A stretch of DNA of 64,000 nt from Minisyncoccota bacterium (GTDB taxonomy: Bacteria; Patescibacteriota; Minisyncoccia; Phycocordibacterales; UBA918): assembly GCA_041389025.1 (NCBI GenBank), contig JAWKSP010000001.1, forward strand, positions 256,002 through 320,001, in the 5' to 3' direction. A program made the translations under genes and the position numbers. Positions 9,951 through 19,686 of this stretch are shown piece by piece; within the stretch, counting starts at the first letter, position 1, and every line of letters starts with the position of its first letter. The notes under the pieces were generated by a model. That model ran no database searches. It was not told the origin of the DNA and saw only the letters and a list, made by a program, of their open reading frames with translations.

Positions 9951-9976
9951 TTATTGTCGATATACACCGACAATAA
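9951..9976. promoter_or_regulatory. Putative TrmB operator
   Basis: TTATTGTCG-N8-CGACAATAA palindrome; similar sites at 10027-10046 and 8201-8221. Confidence 0.55.
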
Positions 9977-10122
9977 TTATATAATTTTAAATATACTCTT
10001 AATTTATAGCGTATGTTTAAACAAAGTTGTCGCATACATGCCACAAAAACAGTATTACGTGGTCTAATATCGCCAAGTCAGCAAAGTAGCTGATTAGATC
10101 ATTGATAAAAAAGGAGGTAAAA

Positions 10123-10539
10123 ATGCAAAATGCTGATCAAATGACGATTGCAAGAGCACTTGCTGCTGTTAGGATAAGTAAAAATATTCTAGTCTTTAAT
10201 ACAATTACTGAATCAAAAATTTCTTTCTTTGAACCAAAAGATCTACCTTCAGACGGTGAAATGGTCCTTGGTAATCTTAATAGAAAATTAATAGAGATGT
10301 ATGTCAGTATAAAACTTGAGTATAAACGTATAAAAAAAGAACTATATTCAATGTCTAAGTATGAAGAAAGAGACGGTGTAGAAATGTTGTCTCTCGAAAT
10401 AAGAGGATTGATGCTGGAAGAACTTAGATTTATAAATATGGTCAGAGATTGCTTTGAAGAAAGTTTTATTGAAGATGGAAAAAGGCCTTTCCAAATAAGA
10501 AAAGGGTGGAAAGTTGTCTTTAGCAAAGAAGATCAGTAA
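10123..10539 (+). CDS. Hypothetical protein
   Basis: AAGGAGGT SD before ATG 10123. Confidence 0.7.
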   Translation: MQNADQMTIARALAAVRISKNILVFNTITESKISFFEPKDLPSDGEMVLGNLNRKLIEMYVSIKLEYKRIKKELYSMSKYEERDGVEMLSLEIRGLMLEELRFINMVRDCFEESFIEDGKRPFQIRKGWKVVFSKEDQ

Positions 10540-10602
10540 GCAATTAATATTGATCTGGGCAGCAAACAGATGATTAGATCATTGATAATAGGAGTATTAA
10601 AA

Positions 10603-10968
10603 ATGAAACTTAAATTTACGTTATTTCTTTTTGCGCTCGCACTCACCTTTCCTGTTATGGCTTTGGGTGAAACTAAAGAAGTGAGGTTGGGAGAAGCTGT
10701 TTTTCTGGGTGGAAATTTGATTGGCACCAACCACACAACAATAGTTGTTACAGGGTGTCATGTTGATGAGACTGTACATATTATGCGTTTCTACAGATTA
10801 AGCTCAGGTCTATTTAGTAGTCATGATCTGAGTGACCCAGTTCGTGTAGCTAAAAACGATACATTTATGTTTCTTGACTTCACTAAAGGTGAAAGAAATG
10901 TATTTGTAAAAATTTTAGACATTAAAATTGAAGAAAATGGCTGTACGGTCAAGGTGAAATTTCTCTAA
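10603..10968 (+). CDS. Hypothetical secreted protein
   Basis: AGGAG SD; signal peptide MKLKFTLFLFALALTFPVMA. Confidence 0.7.
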   Translation: MKLKFTLFLFALALTFPVMALGETKEVRLGEAVFLGGNLIGTNHTTIVVTGCHVDETVHIMRFYRLSSGLFSSHDLSDPVRVAKNDTFMFLDFTKGERNVFVKILDIKIEENGCTVKVKFL

Positions 10969-10984
10969 AAATAAGGAGACTAAA

Positions 10985-11926
10985 ATGTTTGATGATATTA
11001 AGAATTATATTGCTACGTTACATGAAGTGTTACTGTTGGTAAGAATATCAATCAAGGCTAAAGCTTGTAAGGATATAAAGGAAGTGATAAATGAAATAAG
11101 AATTTCTCCGCGTGGCAGTAGTATTGTTTCGGTTTGGTTTAAGCGTGCGGAGACATTATGTACACAGAAAGTGGACGGAGTATTGCCACAGATACCTTTC
11201 TCTTATACCCGTGAATTAGTTTGGATGGGTATTGAACACGGAGAACTTGGTAAAAAAGCCTTAATGCGTTTATTGGAACTTCCATTGAATTATGTGTGTG
11301 ACAAATCAATTGAAGCTTATATTTTGTACTATAGGTTAAAGAGTATAAAAAAAGACGTCTCAGATTACTTCAAGCAGATGGCTATAGATCTTGTAAGAAA
11401 AGAAGCAAGTGGTTATAAGTCATATCCAGAAATAAGGCAAGCTCTACTTAAATACCTTTCGGATTGGAGTATGGGTTACTTACGCCTTGGAAGTGCCGAG
11501 CCGCCCGCTGAGATACTTAACGTATGGTATCTTAATATAAATCAACTCTATGAACAGGATGCGCGCATACAAGCTCCGCTATGCACTTCTATTGAAGAAG
11601 CGGCTAAAAAAACACAAAGGTACTATGGCGGAGGAGTTGGCAATAAAATATGGAATGATAGGCTGATTGAGTTAGCTGACGAAGATGCTCAAAGAAATGC
11701 TCCTGAATGTCTTTCATTGGATAGTGCTCTTAAAAAGTATCAGGAATCACCTAAGAGAACAAAATCTCAACAAATCTGGCAAGATAAGGTTATTGAGTTA
11801 GTATTGCGTGAAGCTGAAATTACTAAGGATAGGCTGGTGGTGAAAGAACTTTACGATAAGGTGCCTGATGTTTTGGATGTAAAAAGAAAGCTCTTAATTC
11901 GATTTATGGAATTATATCTTTCTTAA
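10985..11926 (+). CDS. Hypothetical helical protein with internal repeats
   Basis: AAGGAG SD; repeated APLCTSIEEA/APECLSLDSA...IWxDxxIEL units. Confidence 0.7.
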   Translation: MFDDIKNYIATLHEVLLLVRISIKAKACKDIKEVINEIRISPRGSSIVSVWFKRAETLCTQKVDGVLPQIPFSYTRELVWMGIEHGELGKKALMRLLELPLNYVCDKSIEAYILYYRLKSIKKDVSDYFKQMAIDLVRKEASGYKSYPEIRQALLKYLSDWSMGYLRLGSAEPPAEILNVWYLNINQLYEQDARIQAPLCTSIEEAAKKTQRYYGGGVGNKIWNDRLIELADEDAQRNAPECLSLDSALKKYQESPKRTKSQQIWQDKVIELVLREAEITKDRLVVKELYDKVPDVLDVKRKLLIRFMELYLS

Positions 11927-12036
11927 TATTACAACCTCCCTCACGAAAACTCGTGTAGGGAGGTTTTTTGTTTGGATGCATTGTTTATAAATTAAAAATG
12001 AACAACTGTGATAATATATAATATACAAACTTTGGT

Positions 12037-12717
12037 ATGATAAATTCACGCGATAAGTATAAAAAAGAAGCTTACGAACAAGCTATAGCTTTCCGAAAGC
12101 GCGGTTTTACTTACACCGAAATAGCCAAGATCTGTGATGTTTCGCGTGGCACGGTCTCAAATTGGCTTAAAAATGAAGAGTTTTCTAAACGTATAGCCAA
12201 GACTAATCTAGATAGAGCACATAAAGACAATGTAGGCCGAATAAAGCTGGTAAACAAAGCGCGAAACGCCGAAAGAACGGCTCAATATAAGGAGATTTTG
12301 CGTTTGGCTAAGACAGAGTATAAGCACTACCTTAATTCCCCATTGTTTGTCTCTGGCCTAATGCTCTATAGGTGTGAGGGTGATATGAAACACAAGAACC
12401 TTATCCGCCTTACCACTGGCCAAACTGAATTGCATAGTATCTTTATAAAATTTGCCATGGAGTTTTTAGGAGTAGAAAAATCATCGTTTAGATTTTGGCT
12501 ACTTCTCTACCCTGATATGGATGAGGTAAAAGCAATGAAGTACTGGAGTAGAAAAACCAAGCTGTCGGTCAGCCAATTTTACAAAAATCAATTTATTAAC
12601 GGTGGTAGTAAAAAGGCGTTGCATTTTGGCGTTGGTAATACTATAATCGGCAGTACGCTTTTGAAGAAAAAACTCTTGCATTGGCTGGAGTTGGCTTCAA
12701 AAGACCTACAAAAATAA
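12037..12717 (+). CDS. HTH plus degenerate LAGLIDADG-like protein directly upstream of tRNA-Gly
   Basis: GFTYTEIAKICDVSRGTVSNWLK HTH; GLMLYRCEGD resembles a LAGLIDADG-type helix. Confidence 0.6.
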   Translation: MINSRDKYKKEAYEQAIAFRKRGFTYTEIAKICDVSRGTVSNWLKNEEFSKRIAKTNLDRAHKDNVGRIKLVNKARNAERTAQYKEILRLAKTEYKHYLNSPLFVSGLMLYRCEGDMKHKNLIRLTTGQTELHSIFIKFAMEFLGVEKSSFRFWLLLYPDMDEVKAMKYWSRKTKLSVSQFYKNQFINGGSKKALHFGVGNTIIGSTLLKKKLLHWLELASKDLQK

Positions 12718-12726
12718 ATATAAAAT

Positions 12727-12800
12727 GCGGCCATGGTTAAGTGGTATAATGAGTCCTTGCCAAGGATTAGTCGGGAGTTCGATTCTCCCTGGCCACACCA
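12727..12800 (+). tRNA. tRNA-Gly(GCC) with encoded CCA
   Basis: AGTCC-TTGCCAA-GGATT anticodon arm; GGGAG-TTCGATT-CTCCC T arm; C2:A71 mismatch. Confidence 0.9.
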
Positions 12801-13188
12801 ATCAGCAGGTTTACCGGCTTTTTTCTATGCAGTGTGACAGAGCACAGTGCCTGCGCACCGTGCGTGGAGAATCGAACGGCGGAACGATGTATTTTGCTCC
12901 TCCCAAGAGCAAAAAACGAGTGAGCCGCGTCCAGCTGCGCTGAAGAGCAAGGCGATTCGCTGCGACAGCGGGACGATTCTCCCTGGCCACACCAATCAGC
13001 AGGCCCGGAAAGTGGATACTTTTTGGCCTTTGCCGTTGGTAGCAGTCAAGGAGAATCGAAAAGAGTTCCGTGCGAAGCCTGATTTTGAGGTACGAAAAAA
13101 TCAGAGGGAACAACGGGGTCGCGTAGCACAATATTTTGAAGACCTTTTGGTCGAGCAAAATATTGATGCGTATGTGACCGACTCTCCC
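12801..13188 (+). repeat. Two tandem tRNA-Gly 3' trailer elements
   Basis: 30-bp direct repeat 12780-12809 = 12974-13003; antisense GGAGAATCGAA at 12866 and 13050; third degenerate copy at 13179-13188. Confidence 0.8.
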
Positions 13189-13219
13189 ACAATTACGAGT
13201 GTAAAAGTAGTTTAATATA

Positions 13220-13510
13220 CTACAACAAACCACCTACTTCCCTAGCAAAATCAATGTCCAAGGTGGTTATTTTGTCACCAGCTTCATGGGTGTTTATTAG
13301 TAATTCAACCTTACTATAAGTATTCGTTATTTGCGGATGGTGATTTAATTTATCAGCTATTTTTGCCACTTTATTTATAAAGTCAATTGCTTCTTTAAAA
13401 TCCTTAAAAATAAGAGTCATATGCAAGGCATCTCCGGCTAATCCCCAACCTCTTAATTCGGATAGTTTTTCACTTATCTCACCTTTGTTTAAAATATTAA
13501 AATTTGTCAT
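13220..13510 (-). CDS. phhB: Pterin-4-alpha-carbinolamine dehydratase
   Basis: FKDFKEAIDFINKVA...NHHPQI...THEAG...DIDFA. Confidence 0.88.
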   Translation of the reverse strand: MTNFNILNKGEISEKLSELRGWGLAGDALHMTLIFKDFKEAIDFINKVAKIADKLNHHPQITNTYSKVELLINTHEAGDKITTLDIDFAREVGGLL

Positions 13511-13698
13511 GATTATTAACAAATAATAACAAAAAAGTCTAAAACTGTGGAAAACTATGTGTATAGGTGGATAAAGGACAAATAATTTTAAAAGACACAT
13601 GTAAAAAGTAAACAAGACACCTGTCTTTTAGTTTAAAGCAATATTTTTAAGCCTTAAACAAAATTAATTAATGATTTTATAAAAATAATATTAAAAAA

Positions 13699-14284
13699 CG
13701 TTTCACGTGAAACAAAATAGTAGTTTCCCGTGAAATGATCATAATTAAGCAGTGTATTAAGTGTATAATGTTACACATGGAACATAGCTATTTAAAAAAT
13801 AAGCAAAATAATAAAAAAATTGGTGAAATAGGTGAGAAAATAGCTGGAAAATATTTAAAAAACAAAGGTTTTACAATAATTCAGTATAACTATCTTAAAA
13901 AATGGGGTGAAATTGATATTGTTGCACGTGGAACTAAAAATATCCATTTTGTAGAGGTGAAAACTGTTTCATATGAAACAAAAAAAGACTTAGAGATGTC
14001 TGTTGCACGTGGAACTTGGCGACCAGAGGAAAATGTTCATGAACATAAGATTAGAAAGTTGTCTCGGGCTATAGAATCGTGGATTATTGAGAATGAATGT
14101 AATTTAGATTGGCAAATTGATGTTATTGCTGTGAAGGTAGTTCCACGTGAAAAGCACGCAACCGTAAAATACATACCAAATGTTATACTTTAGTCAACTA
14201 TATGCGGTAATTCTTTGTATGAAGAAAATAATTGATCTGTGCGTTTTACATGAAACGTTATGTAAAAACGTTTCACGTGAAACA
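13699..14284. promoter_or_regulatory. Cluster of about 9 parS-like sites
   Basis: Matches to TGTTNCACGTGAAACA at 13699, 13722, 13769, 13920, 13965, 14001, 14139, 14242 and 14269. Confidence 0.8.
13777..14193 (+). CDS. yraN: YraN family (UPF0102) PD-(D/E)XK protein
   Basis: GEIGE-IA..YL..KG, GEIDIVA, FVEVKT, IDVIAV. Confidence 0.9.
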   Translation: MEHSYLKNKQNNKKIGEIGEKIAGKYLKNKGFTIIQYNYLKKWGEIDIVARGTKNIHFVEVKTVSYETKKDLEMSVARGTWRPEENVHEHKIRKLSRAIESWIIENECNLDWQIDVIAVKVVPREKHATVKYIPNVIL

Positions 14285-14441
14285 CTTTTCTTAAAAATGT
14301 ATAAAGCGTACCCTTTATTAAATTAGATGTATTCAAGAATAAGTTTTAAAAGTGCTACAAAGTGACTGAAAAATACTTTGTAAGTAGCTGTTGTTGCTTG
14401 TTACTAAGATAGCTAGGTAAGGATAAAAAATTCACTGGACT

Positions 14442-14590
14442 TTTTGTCGGGGAGCCGGGAATCGATCCTTAGGATCAGTACAGGTTGTCGATATTTTGGT
14501 CCATGTATTCCCAAAATATCTGACTAACCTTTTCGATCCCAGCCACAAAGCAAATCAACCGAACAAAATGTTCGGTTGATTTGGCTTTTG
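14442..14590 (-). repeat. tRNA-Pro 3' trailer element
   Basis: 24-bp duplicate 14442-14465 = 14586-14609; antisense piece at 14532-14550. Confidence 0.8.
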
Positions 14591-14661
14591 TCGGGGAGCC
14601 GGGAATCGAACCCGGGCCTCACGGTCCCAAACCGCGTACACTACCACTATGCTACACCCCG
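14591..14661 (-). tRNA. tRNA-Pro(TGG)
   Basis: CGGGGTG...CGCGG-TTTGGGA-CCGTG...CCGGG-TTCGATT-CCCGG-CTCCCCGA. Confidence 0.92.
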
Positions 14662-14812
14662 TTTTTTTGTGCGATGATAATAACACTCATTTTAAAAAAA
14701 AGCGAGTGTCTATAAAATAAGTAACTGCAGAATTGTAAATAAATTTAGTTAAAGTAATAATAAACTTATTTTATTTTGCAAAAGTAGCCTGATAAGGCAT
14801 TATATTGGAACA

Positions 14813-15745
14813 ATGATCACTTATTATTTTCGCACTCTGAAGGACGATTCTTTGAAAGAACTGAAAGAACCACGTTCTGGGGTGTGGGTGGATGTGTATG
14901 ATCCAACTGATGAAGAGTTGGAAAAATTGGTTAAGAATTTCTCATTGGATCCTGATATTGTTGAAGACGCTAAAGATTTATACGAGATACCTCGTATGGA
15001 ACGAGCTGAGAGTATTACTTACTTCTTTACCAGATATCCGCATCGAGCAGAGAATCAAAATCAAGTAGACGTAACAGCACCAATCTTAATTGTGATCGGC
15101 GGTACGTTTGTGATGACTATTCACGCACGGGAAGTGCCACAATTTAATAAAATAATTTCTGGTCAAGAAAATGTTCATACTACGCAAAAAACTAAGTTTT
15201 TTATACATATAATGAGTTTATTAACAAATTCTTTTGACCGAGAACTTAAGCGTTTGCAAAAAGCGGTACATAAAGACCGAGTAAGACTTAGTCGTATTGG
15301 ACCAAAGGATATCGAGCGTTTAGTGGGGCATGAGAACAGTTTGAATAACATGGTAGATGCTTTGGTGCCGACCAATATTTGGTTACAGAAGGTGACGGGA
15401 AGTAAAGTTTATATGCAATTTTATGATGAGGATATAGAAATAATGCAGGACTTAGTGATTGCTAATAGTCAGGTAGTGAATTCAGCTCGGTCGGTCTTGA
15501 CGACAATTCAAAACATCCGTGGCTCAATTGAGGCGATTATGACCAGTCGGCTAAATAACGCTTTAAAAATCCTTACGGTTTTAACTATACTTTTGACTAT
15601 TCCTTTAGTTATTACTTCTATGTATGGTATGAATATTGACTTACCCCTACAAGGTAATCCTCATACTTTTTTCTTTATTTTAGGTTTTAGTGTGATTTTA
15701 CTCACTTCTTTGGTTTTTATTTTCCGTAAAAATGAGTGGTTATAG
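14813..15745 (+). CDS. corA: CorA family Mg2+ transporter
   Basis: YGMN signature and two C-terminal TM helices. Confidence 0.93.
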   Translation: MITYYFRTLKDDSLKELKEPRSGVWVDVYDPTDEELEKLVKNFSLDPDIVEDAKDLYEIPRMERAESITYFFTRYPHRAENQNQVDVTAPILIVIGGTFVMTIHAREVPQFNKIISGQENVHTTQKTKFFIHIMSLLTNSFDRELKRLQKAVHKDRVRLSRIGPKDIERLVGHENSLNNMVDALVPTNIWLQKVTGSKVYMQFYDEDIEIMQDLVIANSQVVNSARSVLTTIQNIRGSIEAIMTSRLNNALKILTVLTILLTIPLVITSMYGMNIDLPLQGNPHTFFFILGFSVILLTSLVFIFRKNEWL

Positions 15746-15746
15746 T

Positions 15747-16385
15747 ATGAAAAAACAATTACTTTACATACATGGTGGTGATTCTTTTTCAAATTACGAG
15801 GATTTTCTTAATGATTTAAGATCTAAGACGATTAGGAATTTACCTAGTGATAACAATGAAGAGTTAAAAAAAATTTGGACCACGTCACTAGAAGAGGATT
15901 TGGGTGAGGATTTTGAGGTTTTTCGTCCCTCTATGCCTAATAAGCAAAACGCTAAGTATGAAGAGTGGAAAATTTGGTTTGAGCGACATTTTGAATTTTT
16001 GCATGACGAAGTGGTTTTACTCGGTTGGTCTTTGGGTGGAATGTTTTTGGCTAAATATTTAACTGAGAATGATTTTCCAATAAAAATTAAATCAGTCTAT
16101 TTACTTGGGGCCCCATCGGGAGACATTGAACCTGACGAGACCGGAAATGATTGTGGAGATTTTTGTTTTTCTAATAATAGCCTAAGTTTTTTAGTTAAAA
16201 AGGCTAAAAAAATTAATATTTGGCATTCGGAAGATGACTTTGTGGTGCCGTATACTGAGTTTTTGAAGTATCGACAATTTCTGGATGAAAAAACAGTCAA
16301 TTTTGTTTCTTTTAAGGACAAAAACCATTTTTTATTAACTGAGTTTCCTGAGCTTATTACTTCTATAAAGGCTGATTTTCTTTAG
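15747..16385 (+). CDS. Alpha/beta hydrolase (YdeN/RBBP9-like)
   Basis: IHGG, GWSLGG nucleophile elbow, HSEDDFVVP, NHF. Confidence 0.88.
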   Translation: MKKQLLYIHGGDSFSNYEDFLNDLRSKTIRNLPSDNNEELKKIWTTSLEEDLGEDFEVFRPSMPNKQNAKYEEWKIWFERHFEFLHDEVVLLGWSLGGMFLAKYLTENDFPIKIKSVYLLGAPSGDIEPDETGNDCGDFCFSNNSLSFLVKKAKKINIWHSEDDFVVPYTEFLKYRQFLDEKTVNFVSFKDKNHFLLTEFPELITSIKADFL

Positions 16386-16461
16386 TTAAAAAATTTTAGT
16401 TTTAGACAGTTTTTTAGTAAGAATTGGTTTATTGGCACGTCTACTTGTATAATGGTCTAAC

Positions 16462-17046
16462 ATGGCGGACCAAAGACCGATAGAAGATATGGAAGAAAGC
16501 CAAGAAGACCGTTTTTTGAAAGCTTTCGACGAATATAATGACGCACTTTTTCGTCATGCTTTTATTCGCGTAAGTAATCGAGAAAAGGCTGTCGATTTGG
16601 TTCATGACAGTTTTACCAAGGTCTGGACTTATATTCGTTCTGGGCACGAGATAGATTCTTATCGGTCATTTTTATACAAAGTACTAAATAACCTAATAAT
16701 TGACGAGTATCGAAAGCGAAAAGAAATTTCCTTAGACGCTTTATTGGAAGCTGATGGGGTAGATGAGGGAGCTTTCTCAGACTTATCTGAAGATACAGTT
16801 GAAGCTTTGGCGGCTACTATTGATGGACGTAAAGCTTTTGATCTTCTTAACCGCTTACCGGATATCTATCGAGAAGTCATTACATTACGATTTGTTGACG
16901 GACTCGGCCCAAAAGAGATAAGTGATTTAGTGGAGGAATCAGAAAATGTAATTTCAGTAAGAATACACAGAGCTTTAAGGTTACTGAGAAGTGAAATAGA
17001 GAAACAAGATAATAAAGCCAAAAAGAAGAGGGGCGGTGACAAATAA
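16462..17046 (+). CDS. ECF RNA polymerase sigma factor
   Basis: Region 2 DLVHDSFTKVW...SFLYKV; region 4 LPDIYREVITLRF...KEI. Confidence 0.93.
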   Translation: MADQRPIEDMEESQEDRFLKAFDEYNDALFRHAFIRVSNREKAVDLVHDSFTKVWTYIRSGHEIDSYRSFLYKVLNNLIIDEYRKRKEISLDALLEADGVDEGAFSDLSEDTVEALAATIDGRKAFDLLNRLPDIYREVITLRFVDGLGPKEISDLVEESENVISVRIHRALRLLRSEIEKQDNKAKKKRGGDK

Positions 17047-18514
17047 ATTTAAAATGAAAAGATTTAGCGAACAAATACAAAATAAATCAAACAGCCTTAA
17101 GTTAAAGGTTGGTGAAAAACGTGAGCTTAGGGAACGTCTGGTTTCTTATATGGAATATCACCCCCTACCAAAAGCGGTTTCGACAAAAGCTTCGACAAAA
17201 GCAAAGAATAAAAAAGAAGTCTATTTAGCCGGTGAGTCGGTTCGTGTTTTAAATTTTAATAAATTGCGATTTTGGCAATGGTCAGGGGTTTTTGTGGCAG
17301 CGATTTTCTTAGTTATACCTTATGTAGCCGAAAAATCAGTTCCGGGAGATGCACTTTATGCGGTTAAAGTTAATTTTAATGAAGAAATAAGAAGTACTTT
17401 GGCTCGCAGTTCCTATGAGAAGGTGGTCTGGGAAACTGAAAGACTAAACCGTCGTATTGCGGAAGCTCGGCTATTGGCGGATGAGGGTAAGCTGACTGAC
17501 GAGATGGAGGAAAGTGTAGCAGAAGCAGTGCGTGTTCATAGTGAAAATGCGCGTAATGAAATAAAACATCTAAAAGAAACAGACGAAGGAGAAGCAGTTT
17601 TAGCTTCTATTCAGCTCGATACAACAATTGACGTACAATCAGCTTCTTTACGAAATATCGGTAAAGCCAGTTCCACCGAAAAGTCTGCAACTGATAAGAT
17701 TGCTGATGTTTTAGCTTTAGAATCTAAAGCAGTGGATGAAGAGAAAAGTATTAATGTAACACCTTCAAAAGAACGCTTAATTGCTCAAGTTGAAAGAGAA
17801 ACGACTAGGGCTTACGAACTTTTAAATAGTATTAAGACTTTGGCTACTGAAGAAGAAAAACATGATATTAAAAGACGTTTAGAAGATATTGATAGAAAAA
17901 CAAAAACTGCTTTAGACAAATACGATAACGAAGAAGAATCTGCTCAAGATGATATGTTGGAAGTGTTGCGGTCAGCTCAGAAGTTAATTGTCTTCATGAC
18001 TAATATTGATGTGCGGGAAACAGTTACGGTTGATGAAATTGTTCCGGTTACTTTAACTGAAGAAGAAAGAGTGCTTAATGTAAAAGAAAAAAGAGACAAG
18101 ATTGCGAACTTAGTTTCTCAGATTGAATTAAAGTTAGAAGAAGGTCTACCTAGTGAACTAGAAGGAAAAATTGAAGGTGTGGTTATAGAAGCAGAGTTGG
18201 TGGTTGAAGACGTTAATACGATTTTATCAGAGAATAATTTTGATTTGAATGAGATTGAATCGAAAATTAATACGGTTTATGATGTTGTTTTAGATTCAGC
18301 TGAATTAATCGGTTTAAATGAAACTAAACCAAAGATAGATAAAGAAGTTATACCGGTTGATAAAAGTACAACTACATCAACAACAACTGATATAAATACG
18401 GAAAATGAAGAAAACAAAGCCTCTACAACTGATGGTTCGGATAAAAAAATAGAATCTACTGATTCTACTAATAGCAACGCTTCAAGTACTGGTGATAATG
18501 ATTTAGTGGAATAG
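17036..18514 (+). CDS. Putative anti-sigma factor (TM plus DUF5667-like domain)
   Basis: Overlaps the sigma gene; single TM, then SVPGDALYAVK. Confidence 0.75.
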   Translation: MTNKFKMKRFSEQIQNKSNSLKLKVGEKRELRERLVSYMEYHPLPKAVSTKASTKAKNKKEVYLAGESVRVLNFNKLRFWQWSGVFVAAIFLVIPYVAEKSVPGDALYAVKVNFNEEIRSTLARSSYEKVVWETERLNRRIAEARLLADEGKLTDEMEESVAEAVRVHSENARNEIKHLKETDEGEAVLASIQLDTTIDVQSASLRNIGKASSTEKSATDKIADVLALESKAVDEEKSINVTPSKERLIAQVERETTRAYELLNSIKTLATEEEKHDIKRRLEDIDRKTKTALDKYDNEEESAQDDMLEVLRSAQKLIVFMTNIDVRETVTVDEIVPVTLTEEERVLNVKEKRDKIANLVSQIELKLEEGLPSELEGKIEGVVIEAELVVEDVNTILSENNFDLNEIESKINTVYDVVLDSAELIGLNETKPKIDKEVIPVDKSTTTSTTTDINTENEENKASTTDGSDKKIESTDSTNSNASSTGDNDLVE

Positions 18515-18520
18515 TATTTG

Positions 18521-18549
18521 TTGACAGAAGAGTTGGTAAAAATTATACT
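18521..18549 (+). promoter_or_regulatory. Sigma70 promoter, leader module 1
   Basis: TTGACA-17-TATACT. Confidence 0.8.
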
Positions 18550-18556
18550 TATGACT

Positions 18557-18643
18557 ATGCAAAATATTGCAAATAATTCTAATTTAAGAAGTTTGAGTAT
18601 TACTTATACTTTTTGGTTTTTTAGCTGGCTTTTGAGTCGGTAG
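18557..18643 (+). CDS. Leaderless leader peptide 1 (28 aa)
   Basis: MQNIANNSNLRSLSITYTFWFFSWLLSR*; paralogous to 19556, 20096 and 21918. Confidence 0.7.
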   Translation: MQNIANNSNLRSLSITYTFWFFSWLLSR

Positions 18644-18669
18644 TTGTTTGTAGTGTTTAAGCTAACTAA

Positions 18670-18695
18670 CAAAAACCGGCTCGAGCCGGTTTTTT
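18670..18695 (+). terminator. Attenuator terminator 1
   Basis: AAAAACCGGC-TCGA-GCCGGTTTTTT; 5' arm can alternatively pair with GAGTCGGT at the peptide end. Confidence 0.8.
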
Positions 18696-18910
18696 GGTTG
18701 TTGGCCGAAGGGAAAATTTTAAGCTTAAAATTTTCCCTTCGGCCGCCAATTAATTTGCGGTCGAATATATAGTTCTTTAAAAATAAAACGTAACTTAATT
18801 ATAATCATTAATTATAAATATCAGTTACAGCTCTAAAAATTTAAAAATATTTTTAAATTCTTAGGGCTGTAACTGAGGTGTTTTTGTAATGATTTAAAAG
18901 GAGAGTAATC

Positions 18911-19465
18911 ATGAATAATACAAGATTTATTAATTGGTCAGTTGTTGAGATTGATTTAGATTCTAATTCTGATAATAGAGATTTCCCTGATTTAAAAGTG
19001 TTACCAACTTTAAATGATTGTCTTTCAGTGTTTTATCCAGACAGACAGTTTTCAGGTCAGTTTCACTTAGATATCGTTGAAATAAATATCTCTGAGTTGA
19101 CTGAAATTTCTGGGCACAAGATAGTGTCAAAAGAAGATATTTTTGAGGCGGCAAAAAAAGCTGGATATAGTTTTTTTCCAAATGGTTTTGCTTTAGCTTT
19201 TTGTAGACAACAAAAGGAATTAATAAAAAACCGTCTTAATAAAAATGAGCACTATCACGTTTTGGTTAAACCATTTAGGTATTTGTATAGCGATGGGGCG
19301 ACTCTAAGTTTGTTGCGAGATTCAGATGATTCACTTTGTTTGTCCGCCAACTCAGGATTTCCATCTGCTATTGAGCCTGACAGTGTTTGGTTGATGGTTA
19401 AGAGTTTGGAGGTCAAACAAATGGACGGGATTTTGACTCGTAATAAAAAATTAGTCACGGTTTAA
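18911..19465 (+). CDS. Hypothetical protein downstream of leader module 1
   Basis: GGGAG SD; 184 aa; own terminator near 19488-19517. Confidence 0.7.
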   Translation: MNNTRFINWSVVEIDLDSNSDNRDFPDLKVLPTLNDCLSVFYPDRQFSGQFHLDIVEINISELTEISGHKIVSKEDIFEAAKKAGYSFFPNGFALAFCRQQKELIKNRLNKNEHYHVLVKPFRYLYSDGATLSLLRDSDDSLCLSANSGFPSAIEPDSVWLMVKSLEVKQMDGILTRNKKLVTV

Positions 19466-19555
19466 TTCAAGTTTACAGTTTTATTTAACGCGAGGTTGTG
19501 ATAACCTCGCGTTTTTTATTTGACAGGATAGATGGTAAAAATTATACTAATAATT

Positions 19556-19663
19556 ATGAAAGCAAAAACAGCGACTGTTTCATATGGTGTAATAGAGCAA
19601 ATAATTATTTCAATTATTAGCATTATTATTAGCTTTATGAGCGGGTCGGTTTTGTTTTTGTAA
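19556..19663 (+). CDS. Leaderless leader peptide 2 (35 aa, 9 Ile)
   Basis: MKAKTATVSYGVIEQIIISIISIIISFMSGSVLFL*; promoter TTGACA(19520)-17-TATACT. Confidence 0.7.
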   Translation: MKAKTATVSYGVIEQIIISIISIIISFMSGSVLFL

Positions 19664-19686
19664 AAGATAATCAAAAGTAGATAAAC

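Noticed and set aside
12780-13188. CRISPR array or integrated prophage att sites
   Set aside because: Only 2-3 repeats, which are tRNA ends, with spacers of about 165 nt; no cas or integrase gene nearby
12725-13233. ORFs 12725-12943, 12811-13233 and 12847-13215
   Set aside because: They overlap tRNA-Gly and its GC-rich trailer repeats and are likely spurious
13540-13580. oriC from DnaA-box-like words
   Set aside because: Only a few imperfect boxes and no dnaA/dnaN in the window
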